In this document: positions 49,135 to 59,077 of the stretch, one piece after another
Layout of the letters: each line of letters opens with the position of its first letter
How positions within the stretch are numbered: position 1 is the stretch's first letter
Origin: an uncultured Flavobacteriaceae bacterium
GTDB taxonomy: Bacteria; Bacteroidota; Bacteroidia; Flavobacteriales; Flavobacteriaceae
Reading direction: 5' to 3'
Length of the DNA stretch: 64,000 bases
NCBI GenBank assembly: GCA_913058385.1
Contig: CAJXQS010000008.1
Span: forward strand, 22,202-86,201
Position numbers and translations under genes: made by a program
The notes under the pieces: generated by a model
Databases searched by the model: none
Seen by the model: the letters and a program-made list of their open reading frames with translations, nothing else
Told to the model about the DNA's origin: nothing

Positions 49135-49878
49135 ATGAGAAGATTATTATTTATCCTGCTTTTCCTTTATACTCTCTTCTCACAAGCACAACTGCTTGAA
49201 CTTGATTATTGGTCACCCTCCAAAAAGGAAAGTATTTTTAAAGTTTCTCTTTTTAAAGAATTCATGTTAAGTGCTAATACTTTAAGACATTTGGACAGTA
49301 GTACTGAAGCAATTAAAATAAAATATGGTTCAAAAAAGGGAATTGTCTTTACGTTCTCTGTTGTTGGAACCCAATCTTTAATCACTGGAAATAAAAATGA
49401 CAAATTAAACACCCTCTCTCACCTCTTAAACCCACTAGGGGGAAGAGTCAATGGAAGTTTTTTTATTGGCATTCCAATGAAGCAAAAAGACAAATTCTCC
49501 TACAGGCTCGCCATTAGAGCAGGTAAAAAATTAATTCAGGCGGTTCCATTAAAAGGCTTGGAAAACAACTTCTTAACAAACTATGGTCAGTTGGGTGGGG
49601 TTTATCAAAACTTGATTTTTGAAGATGCTCTTGAAAATGAAAGTATCAATCTCTGGATTTATCCCCACATGGTCTTTAATCAAATCAATGAAAAAGATTT
49701 GTCTACTTTTTTTGAAGAAGACCTTAAATCAATCGCTTATGGTTATGGACTTCAGGCAGGATTGGAATTTAATCGTAAAGTGAAGGCAATTTTATTATTG
49801 AATCAGTTTGTAAACACAAATGTTCCAGATCCTGTTGGAAAAGCGGTTTTAAGATTTACTGTTAGTTATCGATTTTAA
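49135..49878 (+). CDS. Hypothetical outer-membrane beta-barrel-like protein
   Basis: 247 aa. Signal peptide ending SQAQ, alternating hydrophobic pattern, C-terminal aromatic residue (..VSYRF). Confidence 0.5.
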   Translation: MRRLLFILLFLYTLFSQAQLLELDYWSPSKKESIFKVSLFKEFMLSANTLRHLDSSTEAIKIKYGSKKGIVFTFSVVGTQSLITGNKNDKLNTLSHLLNPLGGRVNGSFFIGIPMKQKDKFSYRLAIRAGKKLIQAVPLKGLENNFLTNYGQLGGVYQNLIFEDALENESINLWIYPHMVFNQINEKDLSTFFEEDLKSIAYGYGLQAGLEFNRKVKAILLLNQFVNTNVPDPVGKAVLRFTVSYRF

Positions 49879-49914
49879 TATATTAAAAACAAATGCCAAA
49901 TAATAAGCTTGTTT

Positions 49915-50544
49915 TTATTTGTTTTCCACTGCCAAAGTTGCGCAATGATCTTTGCTCAAAATAAAATCAAGAGAAAATTTACGAAGTTCGCCCCCCATCC
50001 TAACTTCAGCATTACCTTTAGTTTGATCTGCTTGAAAAGGAGTTATCAATAATTGTTTTGAGAATGAAATCCCAGGAACATTTAATGCTTTATATAGGGC
50101 TTCTTTAGCTGTCCAAATTCTGGTTAATGTTTCAATAGGATTGTGGGATTCAATGGCATAATACTCCTCTTTGTGTAAGAACTTTGGTGCTATATTTTGG
50201 ATTTTAAGATGATACTCTTCAATGTCAAATCCCAAAGAATGATCCCCAATGGCAATGCCGGCTTGAGTTTTAGAATGGGTTATGGAGAGGTGCTTTCCAG
50301 AGATTAAAAAAGGAGCACCATTTGGACTATATTTTACGGAACCTGAATCGATTCCAGCATGCAAAATCAATTTTCGAGTCGCTAAAAATCCTTTTTGATG
50401 GTGCACACTTTTTCTCATATTCAGCCTTTCTTGATCTACTGAAGAGAGCATTATATTGGACTTTAAATCTTCCAAAGTTTCCTCGATCTGCCAGGTAAAA
50501 ACTTGAATGTTTCCATCTAAAAAAATATGATCCCTTAAAGGCAT
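49915..50544 (-). CDS. 4'-phosphopantetheinyl transferase superfamily protein
   Basis: 209 aa. LSITHS, FDIEE and [10 protein letters not shown] motifs. Confidence 0.85.
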   Translation of the reverse strand: MPLRDHIFLDGNIQVFTWQIEETLEDLKSNIMLSSVDQERLNMRKSVHHQKGFLATRKLILHAGIDSGSVKYSPNGAPFLISGKHLSITHSKTQAGIAIGDHSLGFDIEEYHLKIQNIAPKFLHKEEYYAIESHNPIETLTRIWTAKEALYKALNVPGISFSKQLLITPFQADQTKGNAEVRMGGELRKFSLDFILSKDHCATLAVENK

Positions 50545-50574
50545 TTGAATTTAATTTTAAAGTACGTATTTTTG
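50544..50574 (+). promoter_or_regulatory. Bacteroidota promoter (-33 TTTG / -7 TATTTTTG) for ahcY
   Basis: TTTG at 50544-50547 and TATTTTTG at 50567-50574, separated by 19 nt. The ATG lies 27 nt downstream. Confidence 0.6.
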
Positions 50575-50601
50575 CATCCTAAATCGTTCAAAGATACAAC
50601 T

Positions 50602-51924
50602 ATGGAAACAAAAACTGCAGCTGCATACCAGCCTTACAAAGTAAAAGACATTGCTTTGGCTGACTGGGGGAGAAAAGAAATTCAATTGGCAGAAGCCGAA
50701 ATGCCAGGTTTAATGGCTTTAAGGCAAGAATATGGCCCTTCGCAACCCCTTAAAGGCGCCAGAATTGCAGGTTGTCTTCACATGACCATTCAAACTGCTG
50801 TTTTGATTGAAACTCTAATTGCTTTGGGAGCCGATGTTACTTGGAGTTCTTGTAATATTTTTTCTACTCAAGATCACGCTGCTGCTGCAATTGCCGCGGC
50901 TGGAATTCCTGTTTATGCATGGAAAGGAATGAATGAAGAAGAATTCGAATGGTGTATAGAGCAGACGCTTTTCTTCGGAGAAGATCGCAAGCCTTTGAAC
51001 ATGATTTTAGATGATGGAGGAGATCTTACCAATATGGTTTTGGATCTTTTTCCTGAATTAATCGATGAAATTAAAGGATTGTCAGAAGAGACAACAACCG
51101 GAGTTCATCGGCTTTATGAAAGAATGAAAAACGGAACACTTCCAATGCCTGCGATCAACGTTAATGATTCTGTCACTAAATCTAAATTTGACAACAAATA
51201 TGGTTGTAAAGAAAGTGCGGTTGATGCAATCAGAAGAGCTACTGATGTTATGCTCGCTGGTAAACGTGTAGTTGTTGCTGGTTATGGAGATGTTGGAAAA
51301 GGTACTGCTGCTTCTTTTAAAGGGGCTGGCGCAATTGTTACCGTTACTGAGATCGACCCAATCTGTGCCCTTCAGGCTGCAATGGACGGGTTTGAAGTTA
51401 AAAAATTAGCCACTGTCATCGGAAATGCTGATATCGTTGTTACTGCTACCGGAAATAAAGACATTCTCAAGAAAGAATATTTCTTGGCAATGAAAGACAA
51501 AGCCATCGTTGCTAACATTGGACATTTTGACAATGAAATTGACATGACTTGGTTAAACGACACCTATGGAGCCTCTAAGGTTGAAATAAAGCCACAAGTA
51601 GACCTATACACGCTTGAGGATGGAAAAGAAGTAATCGTTTTGGCTGAAGGTCGTTTGGTAAATTTAGGATGTGCTACGGGACACCCTAGTTTTGTGATGA
51701 GTAACTCGTTTACAAACCAAACACTGGCACAACTCGAATTGTGGCTGCATACTGACAAGTATGAAAACAAAGTATACATGTTACCTAAGCATCTTGATGA
51801 AAAAGTGGCTGCTTTGCACCTTGATCATTTGGGTGTTGAATTAGAGTCATTATCAACAGATCAGGCTGAGTACATTGGTGTAACCGTTGAGGGTCCTTAC
51901 AAGCCAGAATATTACAGGTACTAA
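50602..51924 (+). CDS. ahcY: Adenosylhomocysteinase
   Basis: Start at ATG 50602 ([17 protein letters not shown]). NAD motif GYGDVGKG and C-terminal YRY. Confidence 0.96.
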   Translation: METKTAAAYQPYKVKDIALADWGRKEIQLAEAEMPGLMALRQEYGPSQPLKGARIAGCLHMTIQTAVLIETLIALGADVTWSSCNIFSTQDHAAAAIAAAGIPVYAWKGMNEEEFEWCIEQTLFFGEDRKPLNMILDDGGDLTNMVLDLFPELIDEIKGLSEETTTGVHRLYERMKNGTLPMPAINVNDSVTKSKFDNKYGCKESAVDAIRRATDVMLAGKRVVVAGYGDVGKGTAASFKGAGAIVTVTEIDPICALQAAMDGFEVKKLATVIGNADIVVTATGNKDILKKEYFLAMKDKAIVANIGHFDNEIDMTWLNDTYGASKVEIKPQVDLYTLEDGKEVIVLAEGRLVNLGCATGHPSFVMSNSFTNQTLAQLELWLHTDKYENKVYMLPKHLDEKVAALHLDHLGVELESLSTDQAEYIGVTVEGPYKPEYYRY

Positions 51925-51947
51925 AAAATAAATTTTAATGATTTTAT

Positions 51948-51975
51948 AAGCCAGTTTTTAACTGGCTTTTTTTAT
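51948..51975 (+). terminator. Intrinsic terminator after ahcY
   Basis: Stem aagccagtt / aactggctt with a 4-nt loop, followed by a T-run. Confidence 0.85.
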
Positions 51976-52010
51976 TTTAGGTAATCTGTTTTTAACTTAT
52001 TTTTCTAATC

Positions 52011-53249
52011 ATGAGATTTCATAGTTTTGTCTATTCTCTTTTAACTATTTTGAGTTTTATTGCTTGTAAACCAACTGCGACAAAACACCAACAAAGCTTT
52101 GACACAAAAAAAATAGCCGAATTCAAACATTTTATTTCAAAAGAAATAACAGCAGGGAAAATAGCAGGTGCAGAAGTTTTAATCTCCAAAGACAATAAAA
52201 TCGTACTCCACGAAGCTCAAGGGTTTGCCAATATTACAAAACAAAAAAAGTTAGCAAAAAACAGTATTTATTACATTCAATCCATGACCAAGCCAATCAT
52301 CAGTACGGCCATCATGCAATTGCATGAAAAAGGATTGCTTTCCCTAGAAGACAATGTGTCAAGGTTTATACCAGAAATTGAAACCCTTAGGGTTACAATT
52401 GATCCTGAGCAAGGCGTGGAAGGTGCTACTGTGCCCCTAGAAAAAAGCTTGACAATAAGGCATTTACTTACCCACACCTCTGGACTTTCTCATGGGTTGG
52501 GAAACAATAAGTTGGAGTCACAACTTTATCAATTACTTTATGGTCAACCTGAGGATTATAAAATACATGAAAACATAGAAAGTCGTGTTGCAGCATTGTT
52601 ATCGGTTCCATTGATTGGACAGCCAGATAAGCAATGGTATTATAGTGCTGGCGGTGATCTTTTGGCACTCATCATAAAGCGTGTTTCTAAACAAAACATT
52701 CAAGACTATCTTCAAGAAAACATCTTTGATCCTCTTGAAATGAAGGATACTGGATATAATATTTTGGAAAAGGAAAGTGGTCGGGTTATGTCCCTACACG
52801 AGTTTAACGAAAATGGTAAATTGGAAACCAGTAAAATACAAGTTCCAAAAACAGGAAACACAATATTCGGAGGAACCCATGGTCTTTATTCTACAGCAAA
52901 GGACTATTTAAACTTTTGTCAAATGTTTTTAAACAAAGGGACTTGGAAAGAACATCAGGTTTTAAAACCTGAAACGGTCTCTTTAATGGCACAAAACCAT
53001 GTAGGTGATTTGTATCAAAGTTCAGGAAAAGGTTTTGGATTAGGGTTTGAGGTGATTTTAGATGCTGATAAAGCGGAAGGACCAGGAAACAATAGGCAAT
53101 TGTCTTGGGGAGGCTATTTTAGAACTCACTTTTTCATTGATCCAGAACAACAATTAATAGGGCTTTGGATGACGCAAATGTTGCCTCATAGTAATTATTA
53201 TGGAAATGCACTTCGCGAAAATATTTACGGTGCATTATTAAACCCATAA
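52011..53249 (+). CDS. Serine hydrolase (class C beta-lactamase / PBP4*-like family), secreted
   Basis: 412 aa. Signal/lipoprotein leader (SFIACK) and active-site SxxK (SMTKP). Confidence 0.85.
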   Translation: MRFHSFVYSLLTILSFIACKPTATKHQQSFDTKKIAEFKHFISKEITAGKIAGAEVLISKDNKIVLHEAQGFANITKQKKLAKNSIYYIQSMTKPIISTAIMQLHEKGLLSLEDNVSRFIPEIETLRVTIDPEQGVEGATVPLEKSLTIRHLLTHTSGLSHGLGNNKLESQLYQLLYGQPEDYKIHENIESRVAALLSVPLIGQPDKQWYYSAGGDLLALIIKRVSKQNIQDYLQENIFDPLEMKDTGYNILEKESGRVMSLHEFNENGKLETSKIQVPKTGNTIFGGTHGLYSTAKDYLNFCQMFLNKGTWKEHQVLKPETVSLMAQNHVGDLYQSSGKGFGLGFEVILDADKAEGPGNNRQLSWGGYFRTHFFIDPEQQLIGLWMTQMLPHSNYYGNALRENIYGALLNP

Positions 53250-53250
53250 A

Positions 53251-53278
53251 AAAACCTATAGTTTTCACTATAGGTTTT
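53251..53278. terminator. Bidirectional terminator hairpin between the serine hydrolase gene and rpmA
   Basis: Stem aaaacctatagt / actataggtttt with a 4-nt loop, flanked by A-run and T-run, between convergent genes. Confidence 0.8.
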
Positions 53279-53299
53279 ATCTCGTTGTCATTGAACTAT

Positions 53300-53560
53300 C
53301 TATGCCTCAAAAGGCTCAATAGATACATAAGACTTATTGTTTCTCTTTTTGGTAAACTTAACCAAACCATCCACTTTTGCGTGAAGGGTGTGATCTTTAC
53401 CTAAATAAACATTTTCTCCTGGGTTGTGTGCCGTACCTCTTTGACGAATAATGATGTTACCCGCTCTAGCAGCTTGACCTCCAAAAATCTTTACGCCTAG
53501 ACGTTTAGATTCTGACTCTCTACCGTTTTTAGAACTACCAACTCCTTTTTTGTGTGCCAT
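53300..53560 (-). CDS. rpmA: 50S ribosomal protein L27
   Basis: 86 aa. [16 protein letters not shown]. Confidence 0.97.
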   Translation of the reverse strand: MAHKKGVGSSKNGRESESKRLGVKIFGGQAARAGNIIIRQRGTAHNPGENVYLGKDHTLHAKVDGLVKFTKKRNNKSYVSIEPFEA

Positions 53561-53572
53561 GGTATATGATTT

Positions 53573-54085
53573 TTATTTTTTAGTCGTTGTTTTTTTTGCT
53601 GGTGCTTTCTTTACAGCTGGTTTTTTCTCAGCTGTAGTCGCTTTTTTAGGAGCAGCCTTTTTAGCAGGAGCTTCTTTTTTAGCGGCTGGTTTTACAGCAG
53701 CTGCCTTGGTTCCAACCTTTTTCTCAGCAACAAGCTTTTCAGCTTTTGCCGCGGGTGCTTTCTTTGCAGCTGTTTTTTCGTTGATTTGCTCAACAACCAG
53801 TTGGGTTAAAGATTGACGGTGTCCGTTTTTCACACGGTATCCTTTTCGTCGTTTCTTCTTAAAAACGATTACTTTATCACCTTTAAGGTGACCTAAAACT
53901 TTTGCTTCTACTGAAGCTCCAGTTATAGCCGGGGCGCCTACAGTTACTTTTTTTCCATCATCTAACAAAAAGACTTTATCAAAAGAAACCTTCGCTCCTT
54001 CTTTGTCTTGTAAACGATGTACAAAAAGCCTTTGGTCTTTTGCAACTTTAAATTGCTGCCCTGCTATCTCTACAATTGCGTACAT
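53573..54085 (-). CDS. rplU: 50S ribosomal protein L21 with a ~66-aa Lys/Ala/Pro-rich C-terminal extension
   Basis: 170 aa. Residues 1-104 are canonical L21 (MYAIVEIAGQQFKV...). The remainder is a low-complexity AAKK/PAKK repeat. Confidence 0.93.
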   Translation of the reverse strand: MYAIVEIAGQQFKVAKDQRLFVHRLQDKEGAKVSFDKVFLLDDGKKVTVGAPAITGASVEAKVLGHLKGDKVIVFKKKRRKGYRVKNGHRQSLTQLVVEQINEKTAAKKAPAAKAEKLVAEKKVGTKAAAVKPAAKKEAPAKKAAPKKATTAEKKPAVKKAPAKKTTTKK

Positions 54086-54105
54086 AGTATATATTTTTCG
54101 AACCG

Positions 54106-54113
54106 CAAAGGTA
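54106..54113 (-). promoter_or_regulatory. Bacteroidota -7 promoter box (TACCTTTG) for rplU-rpmA
   Basis: The minus strand reads TACCTTTG, 20 nt upstream of the rplU ATG. Confidence 0.5.
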
Positions 54114-54214
54114 ATTAATTTAAATATATAAACAAGTGATGCCTATTTTTATATTTATTACTTGTGCTAATCTATTTCTTAAAACGGATTGACTTTTTTA
54201 ATAAAAGTATTGAC

Positions 54215-55201
54215 TTATAATTTCAGATAACTTCGAACGGTTTTGTCTAGACCTTCCTTAAAATTTGTTTTGGGTGTCCACCCCAATTCATTTTCCAACT
54301 TTGAAGCGTCAATCGCATAACGATAGTCGTGTCCAAGTCGATCCGTAACAAACTCAATTAGTTTTTCTGAACTTCCTTTGGCGCGATTCAATTGGCGGTC
54401 GCACACCTCAATGAGTTGGTTTACAATTTCAATGTTTCGAATTTCGTTATTCCCTCCCACGTTGTAGGTTGCTCCAATTTTCCCTTTATTAAAAATCAAA
54501 TCGATCGCTTCCGCGTGATCTTCTACATAAAGCCAATCCCTTATGTTCTGACCGTCTCCATAAACTGGAAGTGAACTTTCATTCACAATATTTTTTATAA
54601 TTAAAGGAATTAATTTTTCAGGAAATTGGTCTGGCCCATAATTATTAGAACAATTAGAAATTACAACGGGCAGGCCATAGGTGTGATAATAAGCGCGAAC
54701 AAAATGATCAGATGCTGCCTTTGAAGCAGCGTAAGGTGAACGAGGATCATAAGGTGTGGTTTCTTCAAACAACCCTTCTTCTCCCAAACTTCCATAGACC
54801 TCATCAGTAGATACATGGTAGAATAATTTCCCTCCCATCTCTGGTTTCCACGCTTGTTTTGCAACTTCCAACACCGTCAAAGTACCCATGACGTTGGTTT
54901 GAGCAAAATTCAAGGGGTCTTTTATCGATAGATCGACATGAGATTCCGCAGCGAGGTGGATCACTCCATCAAAATGGTATTCCTTAAAAAGAGATTTTAA
55001 AAGTGAGGCATCTAAAATATCTCCTTCAACAAACTGATAGTTTTTCAGACCGGAAACATCTTCTAGTTTCTTTAAGTCTCCTGCGTAGGTCAATGCATCA
55101 AGATTGACAAAGTCACTATTAGGATATCGGTTAACCAATCTTCTAATAAGATGTGAGCCAATGAAGCCTGCCCCCCCAGTTATTAAAACTGATTTTCTCA
55201 T
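54215..55201 (-). CDS. rfbB: dTDP-glucose 4,6-dehydratase
   Basis: 328 aa. GGAGFIGS and the YxxxK catalytic motif YAASKAASD. Confidence 0.93.
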   Translation of the reverse strand: MRKSVLITGGAGFIGSHLIRRLVNRYPNSDFVNLDALTYAGDLKKLEDVSGLKNYQFVEGDILDASLLKSLFKEYHFDGVIHLAAESHVDLSIKDPLNFAQTNVMGTLTVLEVAKQAWKPEMGGKLFYHVSTDEVYGSLGEEGLFEETTPYDPRSPYAASKAASDHFVRAYYHTYGLPVVISNCSNNYGPDQFPEKLIPLIIKNIVNESSLPVYGDGQNIRDWLYVEDHAEAIDLIFNKGKIGATYNVGGNNEIRNIEIVNQLIEVCDRQLNRAKGSSEKLIEFVTDRLGHDYRYAIDASKLENELGWTPKTNFKEGLDKTVRSYLKL

Positions 55202-56067
55202 GATTCAGATTTTATTTTTTTTAAACAATCCGCCAAAACCCATTCCCAAGATCTTGATTTTATTTTAAATTCTTTTTTAAATTTTTCATTGCTTAAAACA
55301 GAATATTTTGGACGTTTGGCCAAAGTAGGGTAATCTTCGGTAGCCACGGGTTTAATTTCACAGTCTGCATTGATTAATTCCTTGATTTTCAAGGCAAACT
55401 CGTGCCAAGTGGTGCTGCCTTCGTTTGTAATGTGATAAACACTTGTTCCTTTACCGAAAGATCGTTGCGCTAGGGCTTCTAAAATCGACTTTGCAAGGTC
55501 AATGGCATAGGTGGGTGCTCCCGTTTGATCGGCAACTACATTAATTTCTGTTTTGTTTTGAAGTAATGAAAATATCGTTTTGACAAAGTTTTTACCATAA
55601 GGGCTAAAAAGCCAAGAAGTACGGACTATCCAAGCGTCAATGTCGGTATTTAGTAGGGCCCGCTCACCTTTGGATTTTGAAGCACCATAAACACTTTGTG
55701 GAGCATGTGGGTGGGTCTCTTTGTAGGGGTTTTCATTTGTGCCATCAAAAACATAATCGGTTGAAAAATGAACAAGTCTAAATCTGTGTTTTTTAGCCAA
55801 TTCACATAATTTTTCAACCGCCAGTTCATTCAGTTTGTGCGCAAGTACAATTTCTTCTTCTGCTTTGTCTACTTCTGTGTAAGCCGCACAATTGAAAACA
55901 TAATCTGTAGTGTTTTTTTCAAAATAATGGGTGAGCTGTAAGTCATTGGTTAGATCCAATTCCGGAAGGTCAGAAAAAGTGAATTCAAACTTCGGAAACC
56001 GAGATGCCCAATAACGAAATGATTGCCCCAATTGACCGTTGGCTCCGGTAACTAATACTTTAATCAT
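55198..56067 (-). CDS. rfbD: dTDP-4-dehydrorhamnose reductase
   Basis: Start at ATG 56067 (MIKVLVTGANGQLG). YGASKSKGE catalytic motif. Confidence 0.9.
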   Translation of the reverse strand: MIKVLVTGANGQLGQSFRYWASRFPKFEFTFSDLPELDLTNDLQLTHYFEKNTTDYVFNCAAYTEVDKAEEEIVLAHKLNELAVEKLCELAKKHRFRLVHFSTDYVFDGTNENPYKETHPHAPQSVYGASKSKGERALLNTDIDAWIVRTSWLFSPYGKNFVKTIFSLLQNKTEINVVADQTGAPTYAIDLAKSILEALAQRSFGKGTSVYHITNEGSTTWHEFALKIKELINADCEIKPVATEDYPTLAKRPKYSVLSNEKFKKEFKIKSRSWEWVLADCLKKIKSES

Positions 56068-56632
56068 AAAGTGGGTTATTAAAATCAAAACATTGTGCTT
56101 GATCTAAATTAGGGTGCAGCCTGTCTTTTTCAGACATTAAAAAAGTGGAGGGTTCTAGCCTCCAATCAATGCCCAATTTGGGATCGTCATAGGCAATACT
56201 CGCCTCTGATTCTTTATTGTAGTAATTGTCTACTTTGTAGGAAAAAACAGAAGATTCACTTAGCGTAATGTATCCATGAGCAAAACCTCTTGGAATAAAA
56301 ATTTGTAATTGATTTTCAGCGCTTAATTCACAGCTGTAGTGCTGCCCAAAAGTGGGCGATCCTTTTCGAACGTCAACAATTATATCTAAAACCTTTCCTT
56401 CAATTACCCGAACCAACTTTGATTGACTAAAGGGCGGTAATTGGTAATGCAATCCGCGCAAAACACCTTTTTTGGAGCGCGTCTCATTGTCTTGGCAAAA
56501 ATTTATTCTTAACCCCGTAACTTTTTCAAATTCAATTGCATTGAAACTCTCCATGAATGAACCCCTTTCATCTAAATGAAGTATTGGCTTTAAAATAAAA
56601 ACCTCCTTAAAAGAAGTTAAAATAATATTCAT
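56060..56632 (-). CDS. rfbC: dTDP-4-dehydrorhamnose 3,5-epimerase
   Basis: 190 aa. RGLHYQ and GFAHGY motifs. Confidence 0.93.
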   Translation of the reverse strand: MNIILTSFKEVFILKPILHLDERGSFMESFNAIEFEKVTGLRINFCQDNETRSKKGVLRGLHYQLPPFSQSKLVRVIEGKVLDIIVDVRKGSPTFGQHYSCELSAENQLQIFIPRGFAHGYITLSESSVFSYKVDNYYNKESEASIAYDDPKLGIDWRLEPSTFLMSEKDRLHPNLDQAQCFDFNNPLYD

Positions 56633-56663
56633 GTTTACAAATTTACTTAAAATGAAATTTTAG

Positions 56664-57539
56664 CTAAGAACTGTATCGTTTGATTAGATAAGCTCCATAT
56701 TCGGTGTGCTTCAATTTTTCTGCGCTTGCTAATAATTGCTCTTTCGTAATAAATCCATTTTCATAGGCGATTTCTTCTAGACATCCTACTTTAAGACCTT
56801 GACGCTTTTCAACAGTATGAATAAATTGTCCCGCTTCTAATAAAGATTCGTGGGTTCCTGTATCCAACCAGGCAAAACCTCTTCCAAGTAACTCAACTTG
56901 AAGTTCTCTTTTTTCGAGAAAATATTGATTTACTGCCGTGATTTCTAATTCGCCCCGGGCAGAAGGTGTGATTTGTTTTGCAATTTCAACGACAGTATTA
57001 GGATAAAAATACAAACCTACTACCGCTTGATTACTTTTGGGATGCTCTGGTTTTTCTTCGATAGAAATGGCATTTCCATCATGATCATATTCAATAACGC
57101 CATAACGCTGTGGATCATTAACGGTATAGCCAAAAATGGTTGCTTTTTGTGAAGAGATTGTGCGTTGAACAACAGTTTTTAAGAGAGAGGAAAACCCATC
57201 ACTGTAAAAAACATTATCGCCTAGTATTAAGCAAACGGGGTCATTCCCAATAAACTCTTCCCCAAGAATAAAAGCTTCGGCCAAACCATTCGGTTGATCC
57301 TGTACTTTGTATTGCAAACTTACACCCCATTGACTTCCATCTCCCAAAAGGGTCTGATATTGAGAAATATCCGTGGGAGTACTAATGATCAAAATATCTT
57401 GAATACCTGCCAACAAGAGTACTGACAAGGGGTAATACACCATCGGCTTGTCATATACTGGAAGTAATTGTTTGGAAACTGCTTTAGTGACAGGGAATAA
57501 TCTGGATCCATTACCGCCGGCGAGGAGGATGGCTTTCAT
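56664..57539 (-). CDS. rfbA: Glucose-1-phosphate thymidylyltransferase
   Basis: 291 aa. [32 protein letters not shown]. Confidence 0.95.
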   Translation of the reverse strand: MKAILLAGGNGSRLFPVTKAVSKQLLPVYDKPMVYYPLSVLLLAGIQDILIISTPTDISQYQTLLGDGSQWGVSLQYKVQDQPNGLAEAFILGEEFIGNDPVCLILGDNVFYSDGFSSLLKTVVQRTISSQKATIFGYTVNDPQRYGVIEYDHDGNAISIEEKPEHPKSNQAVVGLYFYPNTVVEIAKQITPSARGELEITAVNQYFLEKRELQVELLGRGFAWLDTGTHESLLEAGQFIHTVEKRQGLKVGCLEEIAYENGFITKEQLLASAEKLKHTEYGAYLIKRYSS

Positions 57540-57801
57540 TTATTAATTTTTTTTAAAGATAAGAAGGTTTTTGGTTTTTAATAAATGATTATTAATTTGA
57601 CTACAGCCCGTAGTTATTTCAAAACTACTCTTTGGCAGACCCTGTATTTGTTGACTTTTTATGTTAAATAACATAAAAAATAACGTATATTTAAGTGTAA
57701 ATTAAAGCAAATTTACGTTAGAATATTTTATTTAAAATGTTAAATAAAATTTGAAGTTAGTTATAATATTCACAAATAGTGTAAAAGTTAAACAATAAAA
57801 A

Positions 57802-58791
57802 ATGCGTGATTATAACGATAAAATAGTTGCTAGTGGTAGAGATCAAGGGGTATTACTCACTCAGATCTCTAACTATATAAAACATGCACCTCTAAGAAGA
57901 CTTAAAAGAAGTGGCTCACTTGGTTTGTTCAATAATTCTATAAGGAATCTAAAACGTTTTTATGATTTAATTCAGGAATTTGAATCTAATTTTGGTCAAT
58001 CGATCATGTTAAATACAATAGATCATATGTTAGTTAATGAGTTTAAAGAGTGGCTTTTGACTGAAAAAGAGTATTCACTTAATAACGCTGGCCTTCAATT
58101 AAAGCTTCTAAAAATGATTTGTAAAGAAGCTGAAAGAATGAGTATTAATGTAAATCCATATACCAGACACATAGAATCATTTACTCAAAAAAGTAAAGAT
58201 CGCGTATTACAAACCATATCATTTGAAGAAATAAAACAAATAAAGGTACTTAGAGATTTACCTTCTACCCTTGAAAATGCAAGAAAATGGATACTGATTG
58301 GACTTTATATAGGCCAGAGGGTTTCTGATCTATTGACTCTTAAACCAACGCAACTAAGGTTTATAGAAAACGGCGTTTACATAGATATTAATCAACAAAA
58401 AACTGATAAATATGTGACTGTTGGAGTTGTAGATAAAGAAGTCATTCAAATTTTAAAAAATAATTTTCCATACTCAATTTCAGCTCAATTGTTTAACAGG
58501 CAAATAAAGCAAATTTGTCAAATAGCTGAGATAAATGAAATGGTGAGTGGTTACAAATTATGTTCTAAAACAAGGAGAAAAAGATTGGGCACTCACCCAA
58601 AATATAGTCTTCTCTCTTCTCATGATTTACGCCGCTCTTTTGCAACAAACTACTTTGGAAAAATTGAAACTCCAATACTTATGCAAATTACCGGTCACTC
58701 AAAGGAAAGCACTTTTTTAAGTTATATTGGAACGCAGGTAAATAAGGATACTTACGCAGATGCTTTTATGAAAGTAGCGGCTACTTTGTAG
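57802..58791 (+). CDS. Tyrosine site-specific recombinase (phage-integrase family), short form without an obvious arm-binding N-domain
   Basis: 329 aa. SAM-like core-binding region. Catalytic signature R (GQRVSDL), HDLRRSF (H-x-x-R), GHS and Y (FLSYIG). It is the only plus-strand gene between 54.2 and 64.0 kb. Confidence 0.85.
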   Translation: MRDYNDKIVASGRDQGVLLTQISNYIKHAPLRRLKRSGSLGLFNNSIRNLKRFYDLIQEFESNFGQSIMLNTIDHMLVNEFKEWLLTEKEYSLNNAGLQLKLLKMICKEAERMSINVNPYTRHIESFTQKSKDRVLQTISFEEIKQIKVLRDLPSTLENARKWILIGLYIGQRVSDLLTLKPTQLRFIENGVYIDINQQKTDKYVTVGVVDKEVIQILKNNFPYSISAQLFNRQIKQICQIAEINEMVSGYKLCSKTRRKRLGTHPKYSLLSSHDLRRSFATNYFGKIETPILMQITGHSKESTFLSYIGTQVNKDTYADAFMKVAATL

Positions 58792-59077
58792 GATCTGGAG
58801 TATCGCTCCAGCCTCCTTCTTTTTTTATTTCAATAAGTTTGTCAATTGTAAATTCGTCCCTAACAGATTTGGTTTTAGGAAGAATATAATTTGAAAGGCT
58901 TTGAAGAAGTTTTACCCTATCCGACATAGAAAGATCTTCTTGATGCATGATTAAATGATCAAGAACCCCTTCATAAAGAATTTCCATTTTTTCTTTAATG
59001 TTGGGGTCTAATAATTTTGACGGACCGCGCTTACTTTTTTGACCTGCTTCTTTTGCTGTTTTTGGATTAAATGGCAT
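58781..59077 (-). CDS. Hypothetical small protein with a basic N-terminus (possible recombination-directionality or phage-derived factor)
   Basis: 98 aa. N-terminus FNPKTAKEAGQKSKRGPSK. Its 3' end overlaps the recombinase 3' end by 11 nt (convergent). A -7 box TAAATTTG lies 4 nt upstream of the ATG. Confidence 0.5.
   Translation of the reverse strand: MPFNPKTAKEAGQKSKRGPSKLLDPNIKEKMEILYEGVLDHLIMHQEDLSMSDRVKLLQSLSNYILPKTKSVRDEFTIDKLIEIKKEGGWSDTPDPTK

Noticed and set aside
50545-50601. N-terminal extension of ahcY (track start 50545), or an SAH riboswitch ahead of ahcY.
   Set aside because: The extension has no homology to AhcY N-termini and contains the promoter (-33/-7). Only about 25 nt of leader remain, which is far too short for an SAH riboswitch.
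53550-53816. 88-aa plus-strand ORF rich in Phe/Ala ([21 protein letters not shown]...), which looks like a small membrane protein.
   Set aside because: It is the antisense reading of the Lys/Ala-repeat tail of rplU (AAA/GCN codons read backwards give TTT/NGC). It has no promoter or independent support.
57661-57746. Exact 11-bp direct repeat ATGTTAAATAA (57661-57671 and 57736-57746) upstream of the recombinase; considered as iterons or arm sites.
   Set aside because: It is an all-A/T-dominated word in a spacer of about 80% A+T. A rough estimate puts the chance expectation for one such repeat in 260 bp near 1. It is kept only as context for the recombinase finding.
57540-57801. Bacteroides-style invertible promoter controlling rfbACDB.
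   Set aside because: A minus-strand -7-like box (TAGTTTTG, about 57617-57624) exists. However, I found no flanking inverted repeats longer than 7-9 bp that would bracket it, so there is not enough evidence to call an invertible element.
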